DNA from: Candidatus Thorarchaeota archaeon
GTDB lineage: Archaea > Asgardarchaeota > Thorarchaeia > Thorarchaeales > Thorarchaeaceae
DNA: 64,000 nt
Direction: 5' to 3'
Assembly (NCBI GenBank): GCA_021498125.1
Contig: JAIZWL010000001.1
Location: forward strand, 197,434-261,433
Shown here one piece after another: positions 9,491 through 17,128 of this stretch (positions within the stretch are counted from its first letter, which is position 1; every line of letters starts with the position of its first letter). Made by a program: the position numbers and the translations under genes. The notes under the pieces were generated by a model, which did not search any database, was not told where the DNA came from, and was given only the letters and a program-made list of their open reading frames with translations.

Positions 9491-10837
9491 ATGCGAGAAG
9501 CACATCCGCTTGAACAGCAGTTTGGAATAGAGTACTATTCCACCGATTTTGATGGTATTGGTGGGCGGATTAAGCAGCGTTATGAAGACTTTATTGTTGA
9601 AGAGATCACGCCTGAGAGAGAAGTGCTTCACGTACAACCTTGGCAGCGTCAGTCTTCCGAAGAATCGCTCTCTCCGCCAAGTGGGAAGCGATTGAGATTT
9701 GCGACCTTTGTCGTTCAGAAGATTGGCCTCTCTACAATGGATGTTGCAACAATTCTCGCTGCTGAGCTACGAATCCCTCACAAATATGTGTCCTATGCAG
9801 GTCTCAAAGATAAACGTGCTATCACAGTTCAGGCGATGTCTGTGCCTTCTCAATCAATTGAGAGGCTGCTTGATCTAAGGCTTGCAAGAATCAATATTCG
9901 TGACCCTCAATACACGCGGCGTTCAGTTCAAATCGGCGATCTCTGGGGCAATCGCTTCACTATTCGTTTGCGAGATGCTGATGTTGATTGTGAACTTGCA
10001 CATGATCTGATGCAGAAAATTGGTGCCACTCCTCTGTTGAATTATTTTGGTGTCCAGCGATTTGGTGTAATTCGCCCCTACACACATCTCGTGGGTAAAG
10101 CGTTGCTCAAAGATGATTTTGAGAATGCAGTTCGAATAATCTTGACGACACGTAGTGAATATGATCCTGCGCCTCTTACCGAGGCTCGTGTTCGATTGGC
10201 CGAAGAATTGATTCCGACCGATGAGATCATCTCTCAATTCCCAGAAGATTTGCGTTACGAGCGTGTTGTTCTGCGTCAGTTGATCAAGACCCCCCATGAT
10301 TACAAAAAGGCCTTTGCGCAAATTCCTGTACGTGTGCAGACTCTATTCGTTCATGCCTATCAATCCTACTTGTTTAACCGTTTGATAAGCAGACGTGCAG
10401 CTAAAGGTGAACCGATAACAGTACCTGAAGTGGGTGACTTTCTAATCCAGCTTGATTCGCCTCACACTGGTCGGGACTCTTGGATTTTTGTCACCGAGCG
10501 AACTATCGATGAATACCGTAAGGAAGTAAGTGCTGGCCATTACGGTCTTGCTGCACCAGTTCCGGGCTACTCGACGAAAATACCTCCCTCATGGCAGACT
10601 GATCTATTACTTGACCTTCTCAAAGAAGAAAATATCTCACTCATGGATTTCCGGAATCCTCGGAGTCGGGCGTTGGACTCTGCTGGTGGACTGCATCTCA
10701 TCTCTATTCGTCCTCTTGACTTGTCTTTGGACTGTGTGGAGAACGATCTTGTTGCAAGCTTCTCTCTGCGTAAAGGATCTTATGCCACAGTCGTCATGAG
10801 AGAAATAATGAAGAACCATCCTATCAATCGCATATAG
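9491..10837 (+). CDS. truD: tRNA pseudouridine(13) synthase TruD/Pus7
   Basis: FGIEYYSTDFDGIGGRIKQRYEDFIVEEI N-terminal block and overall TruD architecture. Confidence 0.85.
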   Translation: MREAHPLEQQFGIEYYSTDFDGIGGRIKQRYEDFIVEEITPEREVLHVQPWQRQSSEESLSPPSGKRLRFATFVVQKIGLSTMDVATILAAELRIPHKYVSYAGLKDKRAITVQAMSVPSQSIERLLDLRLARINIRDPQYTRRSVQIGDLWGNRFTIRLRDADVDCELAHDLMQKIGATPLLNYFGVQRFGVIRPYTHLVGKALLKDDFENAVRIILTTRSEYDPAPLTEARVRLAEELIPTDEIISQFPEDLRYERVVLRQLIKTPHDYKKAFAQIPVRVQTLFVHAYQSYLFNRLISRRAAKGEPITVPEVGDFLIQLDSPHTGRDSWIFVTERTIDEYRKEVSAGHYGLAAPVPGYSTKIPPSWQTDLLLDLLKEENISLMDFRNPRSRALDSAGGLHLISIRPLDLSLDCVENDLVASFSLRKGSYATVVMREIMKNHPINRI

Positions 10838-10858
10838 GTGCGGTTGAGAGTTCTCATT

Positions 10859-11434
10859 TTATCGACGTTTTGATAGTCCCCTTAGTCGATCTTCAAGAAC
10901 GTCTGGAACATCTTCACGTTTCTTTTCCTCGCGTTCGTCTTGGTATTCGAAAATAACACTCTCTCCGGTTACGGCCGAAACAATTTCTCGAAGTTCTTCT
11001 TTCGAATATGGAATGCGCCCCCTATCCTCGCTTCTCAGCATTACAATGCTCTCTCTAAATCCATCTGGAAGATAGAGGCTGTTTATACCGACTTCAATAG
11101 CAGGTGCGATGAGTTTCCGTACAATAGTTCGTAATTTGGCAGGTCCCTCAAGAATCAAGACCTCTCCGAATTTTTCCTTCATTTCCTCCATTAACTCGGT
11201 ATTTGCAAGAAGAATATCACGGCTCTTCTTTACCACAAGTATAAGACGATTTTCAATACGAATGGCACGTAGCAGGTTCAACTTATCAAGGTCGAGATAT
11301 TCTTTTGCCCGTTCCAGAATCCATTTAGAGAACTCTATATCAAACTGATCAATTCGCCCGCGATCAAGCTTATCTTGACAGCTCGGGCAAAGGAAATCTG
11401 ACTCCAAATCAATAATACACACGGGTAACTTCAT
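10859..11434 (-). CDS. Conserved hypothetical protein with an N-terminal Cys cluster (VC...LCPSC), possibly nucleic-acid binding; function unknown
   Basis: 191-aa ORF with a good start and no recognisable family motif; lies between truD and albA. Confidence 0.5.
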   Translation of the reverse strand: MKLPVCIIDLESDFLCPSCQDKLDRGRIDQFDIEFSKWILERAKEYLDLDKLNLLRAIRIENRLILVVKKSRDILLANTELMEEMKEKFGEVLILEGPAKLRTIVRKLIAPAIEVGINSLYLPDGFRESIVMLRSEDRGRIPYSKEELREIVSAVTGESVIFEYQDEREEKKREDVPDVLEDRLRGLSKRR

Positions 11435-11515
11435 ACAGTAACCCTCGTTTCAATGAGTGTCCACTGACAGGCTCCCTGTAGCGAGGGACATATGAAAGTT
11501 CTGTTATCACTGATT

Positions 11516-11827
11516 TTACTGTCTGGCGAGCACTATGTCGATAGTTGAAACGTTGAGTTCGCTCCCCTTGTCGGTCTGCACAGTTGTTGTTCCAATTGTA
11601 ATGTCTTTTACGATGAGATCTGGCATGAATCTGTTCCTTGTAATCTCAGCGACGTCGACCGCACGACTGATGAGGCGTCCACGTGCTCGAATAACGACCT
11701 CTTGAGCACCTTTATCGAACAATGTCTTGCATGCCAAGACATACGACATGACATTTTTAGAACCGACTAGGATGGTCGACTCAGCGTTAGAGCCTTCGGC
11801 ATGGCTCCCAAGTTTCTCCTCCGTCAC
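11516..11827 (-). CDS. albA: DNA/RNA-binding protein Alba
   Basis: [49 protein letters not shown] matches the Alba consensus. Confidence 0.9.
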   Translation of the reverse strand: MTEEKLGSHAEGSNAESTILVGSKNVMSYVLACKTLFDKGAQEVVIRARGRLISRAVDVAEITRNRFMPDLIVKDITIGTTTVQTDKGSELNVSTIDIVLARQ

Positions 11828-12006
11828 CAGTTCTCTCTCCCTAGTGATGTGGATATTTCATTGGTTTGCGCATCATATATTGATTTCGCTTTTGAATACC
11901 TCTATGCTTGATTTTTGGAATGAATGTATCACTATTACCTCATTATGTGTTCCTTTCACAAAGCTTTTCTTATTCCCTCGACCTGCGAACATTGGATGTT
12001 GACCGA

Positions 12007-13275
12007 ATGACACAATTGACCTTCTTAGGATCTTGCCGCGAGATTGGCCGGTCCGGCTTCTTAGTTGAACACGAAAATGAGAGTTTCTTAGTTGATTATG
12101 GGACCAAGTTTCAAGATCCTCCCTCTTTCCCACGAATGATATCTACTGAAGGTCTTCAGGGCATTGCTCTTACTCATGCCCATTTGGATCACTCTGGTGG
12201 TATCCCCCGAATTTTGACTGAGGACCCTGATCTCTCGCTCTTTTGTACGCCCGCAACTCGAGATCTCTCTGTCCTTTTGATTCGTGATATGTACAATATA
12301 TCACATGGCCGAATGCCCTTTGCGCGGACCGACATTAGTCTGGTTCGAAAACAGTGCGAGGCAACGAGATACGAGGAAACGGTTCCCTTAGGTCGCTCTT
12401 TCGAGATGACTCTATTCAATGCAGGCCATATCCCTGGCAGTGCAATGGTGTCGTTACGGGTCGATGGCAAGCGTATATTATTTACTGGTGACTTTAATGC
12501 AATCGAGTCACAGCTGAATCCTGGTGCTCGAAATAATCTTCCAAAACATGATGTTGTTATCACGGAGAGCACCTACGCTCGCAGAATTAATCCGCCTCGT
12601 GAGAAGATTGAGCAAGATCTTGTCCATACGATTGAGCTGACCATGGAACGCGATGGGACAGTGTTGATTCCCGCATTTGCAGTCGGCCGAAGCCAAGAGA
12701 TCATGTGCATTCTTGAGCGATACGGCTTGACAAAGAAATATCCAGTCTATGTGGACGGCATGGCACGAAAGGTCAATGACATTTTGACCCGTCACCCCGA
12801 ATACATAATGTCCCCTCATACTTTTGAGCGGGCTGTTCAGCGAGTTCAAGTTATTCAAGAACACCGCGATAGGGTTCGCGCTGTACGTAATGGTGGTATC
12901 ATTATCTCACCTGCGGGAATGTTGAAGGGTGGTGCATCTCACCTCTACTTCAAGATGGTCCATGACAATCCTCGAAACTCAATTGTCTTGGTAAGCTTTC
13001 AGATACCTGGGACCCCTGGTGCCGAGCTTCTTGCGCATCATAAGGTGACGGTTGGAAAGAGAACCTTCAAGGTCGAGGCTGATGTGTTCTATCACCATCT
13101 CAGTAGTCATTCTGACTCAGAGGGGTTGTTGAGTCATCTTCTCAAAATTCCTGGTGATCCCCTCTTCTATATTGTACACGGGGAATCAGAATCGTGTGAT
13201 GTTCTTGCTGAGAAACTCCAAGAACATGGGCGAAAAGCAGTGGTGCCTGAAGTTGATGAGTCCTTTGAGGTCTAA
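12007..13275 (+). CDS. Metallo-beta-lactamase/beta-CASP ribonuclease without KH domains (aCPSF2-like)
   Basis: HAHLDHSGGIP motif, beta-CASP motifs and a C-terminal RNA-metabolising MBL region. Start moved to the ATG at 12007 (MTQLTFLGSCREIGRSG...). Confidence 0.8.
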   Translation: MTQLTFLGSCREIGRSGFLVEHENESFLVDYGTKFQDPPSFPRMISTEGLQGIALTHAHLDHSGGIPRILTEDPDLSLFCTPATRDLSVLLIRDMYNISHGRMPFARTDISLVRKQCEATRYEETVPLGRSFEMTLFNAGHIPGSAMVSLRVDGKRILFTGDFNAIESQLNPGARNNLPKHDVVITESTYARRINPPREKIEQDLVHTIELTMERDGTVLIPAFAVGRSQEIMCILERYGLTKKYPVYVDGMARKVNDILTRHPEYIMSPHTFERAVQRVQVIQEHRDRVRAVRNGGIIISPAGMLKGGASHLYFKMVHDNPRNSIVLVSFQIPGTPGAELLAHHKVTVGKRTFKVEADVFYHHLSSHSDSEGLLSHLLKIPGDPLFYIVHGESESCDVLAEKLQEHGRKAVVPEVDESFEV

Positions 13276-13487
13276 GCCTCTTCCTTTGTAGGTCGGGCCT
13301 CAACAACTTGGCACTTGATGCGTTGAAGGATCGTTTCTGCCTCTTGTGGGTCAACTATCAGCGTGTAGAGATAGCGCTTCGTTCGAAGCTTTAGTTTGAC
13401 CTTATCACTGCCTCTCTTCACGCGGCATTCCACTGCATCCTCAGACATCTCGAGGAACTTTTCGGTATCGTAGATCTGTTTCGGCAT
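13272..13487 (-). CDS. rpl38e: Ribosomal protein L38e (eL38), a eukaryote/archaea-restricted r-protein
   Basis: KRGSDKVKLKLRTKRYLYTLIVDPQEAE aligns with eukaryotic eL38 [24 protein letters not shown]; 71 aa. Confidence 0.7.
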   Translation of the reverse strand: MPKQIYDTEKFLEMSEDAVECRVKRGSDKVKLKLRTKRYLYTLIVDPQEAETILQRIKCQVVEARPTKEEA

Positions 13488-13523
13488 TGATTTGGCCCCT
13501 ATTTTGATTATTTATGGGGATGA

Positions 13524-13630
13524 TGGTGGGCCGGGAGAGACTTGCTCCAGCAAGGTTCAGTCCTGAACTGTTTGAACTCTCGATTTCCGCCGTGTGAAGG
13601 CGGCATCATAGCCAACTAGATCACCGGCCC
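13524..13630 (-). tRNA. tRNA-Val(CAC) with a 30-nt insertion (predicted non-canonical intron) at position 59/60 in the T-loop; CCA encoded
   Basis: Minus strand reads GGGCCGG UG AUCU AGUUGGCUA UGAU G CCGCC UUCACAC GGCGG AAAUC GAGAG UUCAAA [CAGUUCAGGACUGAACCUUGCUGGAGCAAG] U CUCUC CCGGCCC A CCA. It has a 7-bp acceptor, U8, A14, G18G19, U33, A37, G53:C61 and an A73 discriminator. The insertion occupies plus-strand coordinates 13541..13570. Folded by hand only. Confidence 0.75.
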
Positions 13631-13782
13631 ATTCAAAGGCGTTGGAAATGGCCACAAAGATAAAGATATCGTTGAATGTACATTTTTATCTTGGCCATTC
13701 CACTGGTGCGAGAGCACAAGTGGAGATTGTCTGCTGACACTCCCCACTCGGCTCTATTGTACTTTTCCGTTTCTGGTATGGT

Positions 13783-14424
13783 CTACCATGTGTCAGGCAA
13801 ATCCGATGCTCCGCTTGGTAGTTTTCTCCACTCTGTATAAAAGAACAGCAATATGGTGACTTGAGAAAATAAGGCGATTGGCGCTGTAATAACGAACATT
13901 GGGCTTATCATCCCTTCTGGCCCGCCAACAAACCAGTGGGATATATACCCGACGATAGAAAGTAGAAATCCTATGGCAGCGAGCAGAGTGGCATTTGACG
14001 ATGCGCTTCTCTCTCTGATGTACATGAGCGGAACAAACAAGATCAGCGCTACTATGATCCCCACTACATCATTAATTATCAATATGCCATATCCCACGAG
14101 TGGGATCATCATTGAAGTGAAAAGAACTACTAGTACGCTAAATGCGAGTATGATCCCCCCAATTGCGAATAGTATTTGTTGATACCTTTGTGAGAGTCCA
14201 TAGAAACCAATACCCAGTAAAATATTGGTAATAGTCGCTACTATCGCAAATAATATTGTTATTATTGCCAAGCTCGTCATGAAATCCTGTGGTGGGCCAT
14301 TGGCCATTAATGCAATCATAACGAGCGGATTGACAATGTTCATAGAAATTGTAATAATGCTACCAATCAATCCAACTCCAATTGTGGTTTTGGCACTGCT
14401 TGATTCAGCATCTTCAAATGGCAT
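13783..14424 (-). CDS. Polytopic membrane protein, unknown function (6-7 predicted TM helices)
   Basis: Highly hydrophobic 213-aa ORF; no family motif recognised. Confidence 0.5.
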   Translation of the reverse strand: MPFEDAESSSAKTTIGVGLIGSIITISMNIVNPLVMIALMANGPPQDFMTSLAIITILFAIVATITNILLGIGFYGLSQRYQQILFAIGGIILAFSVLVVLFTSMMIPLVGYGILIINDVVGIIVALILFVPLMYIRERSASSNATLLAAIGFLLSIVGYISHWFVGGPEGMISPMFVITAPIALFSQVTILLFFYTEWRKLPSGASDLPDTW

Positions 14425-15037
14425 TTAATTAATTAGCACCGTCCTCTTGTTGTATTGTGTATAGGTTGCTTGAGGCGTAATCTTGTTGTCCGTTTAGAGT
14501 GCATTGTTGTTAGATGATCTACACGTCATTAAACAGCGATTTACTGTTTCTCTGTCATTACGGCAAAATGATTTTACGCCTCATAATGCACCTGTCTTAT
14601 TCATGGGCGGTTGTATTCATAAGTTTTTGCAAAAAATCAAAAAGTCCCGTCCATCAGTTGTAAAATATAATATATGACTATTAATTAACAAATTATGAAA
14701 CGAAACACACACACGCTCGTACGACTAGATATAGACGCTTTAAAACGTGAATATATCGATCACTTCTTTGAACGTCTCTTTGGCCTGAGGTCTTTTGTCT
14801 TGCATTTTCTGCATTTCTTTGCTTTAAGCGGATTTGTGGCACCGCAGTATCGGCATACTGACTTGTAGAGCAAATAGTGCTGTGCGAGTCTTCTTTTCTC
14901 GATATCCGCAACTGGCATATTATTGACCTCTTTAAGATACAGCGGGAATGCGTGTTCATTGAATCCGCTCTGGAATCCCAGCCGGGTCGTGTTAAAAAAC
15001 TATCGTTGCGACACGCCCGGCCGAGACCTATTAGATA

Positions 15038-15907
15038 CTATAACATCTCCTTGAGCAGTCGTGGGATGTCGCTAGGTCTGTCAGCAACACGGACGCCTGC
15101 ATCATTGAGCGCCTTTATCTTGGCAGCAGCGGTACCTGAGCTTCCACTGATGATGGCTCCCGCATGTCCCATTCTCTTACCTGGTGGTGCGGTCCTGCCC
15201 GCAATGAAACCGACGACAGGAATGTCCACATGTTCCTTGATGTAGGCTGCTGCACGTTCTTCAGCATCGCCACCAATCTCACCTACCAAGACCATTGCCT
15301 TGGTGTGTGGGTCTTTCTCGAAGATCTGAACCGCTTCAACCGTGGTGAGTCCTACACAAGGGTCTCCACCGAGGCCGATGGCTGTTGTTATGCCGATGCC
15401 TGCATTCGTCATTCCGGCGGCGATCTCATAGGTGAGAGTACCGCTTCGTGACATGAGTGCGGCAGGGCCATCCGCAAAGACATGACCTGGCATGATGCCC
15501 AGTTTCTGTTTTGCGCTTGGGGTGATGATTCCTGGTGTATTGGGGCCGATTATGGTGATGCCTTTCCTTGCTGCTGCATGGATGACCTGGATTTCATCTT
15601 TTACGGGTACATGTTCTGTGATGATCACAACAGGGTTGAGATCAGCCGCGATGGCCTCTAGTGCTGCATCTCCAGCAAATGGGGCTGGTACAAAGATAAC
15701 TGAGGCGGTCGCATCATGAGCTTCCTTCGCCTCTCTAACGCTATCATAGACGGGAAGTCCATTGACCTCAGCACCACCCTTTCCCGGAGTGACTCCCGCA
15801 ACAATCTTGGTGCCATACTCAAGCATGGCCGCGGAGTGAAATGTTCCCTGTGATCCAGTAATTCCTTGGACTATTATACGAGTGTCTTTGTCTACAAGTA
15901 CCGCCAT
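15038..15907 (-). CDS. sucD: Succinyl-CoA synthetase (ADP-forming) alpha subunit
   Basis: IIVQGITGSQGTFHS CoA-binding start and catalytic His region; 289 aa; immediately downstream of sucC. Confidence 0.9.
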   Translation of the reverse strand: MAVLVDKDTRIIVQGITGSQGTFHSAAMLEYGTKIVAGVTPGKGGAEVNGLPVYDSVREAKEAHDATASVIFVPAPFAGDAALEAIAADLNPVVIITEHVPVKDEIQVIHAAARKGITIIGPNTPGIITPSAKQKLGIMPGHVFADGPAALMSRSGTLTYEIAAGMTNAGIGITTAIGLGGDPCVGLTTVEAVQIFEKDPHTKAMVLVGEIGGDAEERAAAYIKEHVDIPVVGFIAGRTAPPGKRMGHAGAIISGSSGTAAAKIKALNDAGVRVADRPSDIPRLLKEML

Positions 15908-17053
15908 CTATGAGACCTCCTTCACGAGTTCGACCACCTTTGAGGCAGCCTCCTCCATTGTACTGAGGAATGGAATTCCTGCGTCATTGAGAATCTTCTG
16001 GCCCTCTTCCTCATTCGTTCCGACCATTCTGATGACCATCGGTACATTGATTCCCTTTTCCTTACGGGCAGTCACAATCCCTTTTGCGACCTCATCGCAC
16101 CGAGTGATTCCACCCATGATGTTGATCAGGATGGCCTTGACCTTGGGATACATCAGAGCGATCTCAATTCCCTGAGATACACGTTCGGCGTCGGCACCAC
16201 CGCCAAGGTCCAGAAATGTGCTTGCCTTACCACCATGTAGTGATACTGCATCAAGAGTTGCCATAGTCAGTCCTGCACCGTTACAGATGCACGCGATGTC
16301 GCCATCAAGTTCAACATACGCCATTCCCTCTTCTGTGGCACGACGCTCGCGTTCATTCTGTTCCACGGGCGCCCTCTTTAATTTCTCAATCAAGTCCTTG
16401 TGTCTGTATAAGGCATTATCATCGATATTGAGTCGTGCGTCAGCCGCTAAGAATCGCCCATCTTTTGTCAGGATAAGTGGGTTGATTTCGGTCAGCTCCA
16501 CGTCATACGCCTCTACAATATTCCAGAGCTTGACAAAGAATCCTGCAAGCTTGGAGATCTGTTTTCCCTTGAAGCCCATCGCAATCGCCATTTCACGGGC
16601 CTCATAGCTCTGAAATCCGAGATGTGGCTCTACATGTCTCTTGATGATCTTCTCCGGTTGGGTCTCAGCTAGCTCTTCAATGGACATGCCACCTGCTGCA
16701 CTACCAATCACAACATACTTGCGTTCATTGCGATCAATAGTGATTCCTGCATAGATCTCCTGTGCGATATCGAGTTTCTCTTCTACAAGAACTGCCTCAA
16801 CTGGCAGGTCATTGATCCTCATTGCAAGGATCTGTTTAGCGACTTCTGCAGCCTCATCAGGAGTAACTGCAAACTTGACTCCTCCTGCCTTTCCTCTCTT
16901 TCCCGAGAGCACCTGTGCCTTGACAACGACTGGTTTGCCAATCTCCTTAGCGCGTTCTTTTGCTTCTTCAGGAGTCTTGGCAACCCCGCCAGGTGGGGTC
17001 GGCATCTTGAAGGCGCGAAACACATCCTTCGCTTCATGTTCAAATAGTTTCAT
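15908..17053 (-). CDS. sucC: Succinyl-CoA synthetase beta subunit (ATP-grasp)
   Basis: MKLFEHEAKDVF..., GKAGGVKF, NGAGLTMATLD, GGGA are SucC blocks. Start set at MKLFEHE (17053), not the upstream ATG of the ORF track. Confidence 0.9.
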   Translation of the reverse strand: MKLFEHEAKDVFRAFKMPTPPGGVAKTPEEAKERAKEIGKPVVVKAQVLSGKRGKAGGVKFAVTPDEAAEVAKQILAMRINDLPVEAVLVEEKLDIAQEIYAGITIDRNERKYVVIGSAAGGMSIEELAETQPEKIIKRHVEPHLGFQSYEAREMAIAMGFKGKQISKLAGFFVKLWNIVEAYDVELTEINPLILTKDGRFLAADARLNIDDNALYRHKDLIEKLKRAPVEQNERERRATEEGMAYVELDGDIACICNGAGLTMATLDAVSLHGGKASTFLDLGGGADAERVSQGIEIALMYPKVKAILINIMGGITRCDEVAKGIVTARKEKGINVPMVIRMVGTNEEEGQKILNDAGIPFLSTMEEAASKVVELVKEVS

Positions 17054-17128
17054 TGTGATCCACCTATGGCCTGTGGGGTCTTCATGCGCCCCGCACTTGA
17101 CACTCCCTAAAAAAGATTGAGAAGCCAC

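Noticed and set aside
14693-14959. 88-codon minus-strand ORF inside the 613-bp gap
   Set aside because: Low-complexity, Arg/Ser/Cys-rich, no start-context support; lies within predicted hairpin elements.
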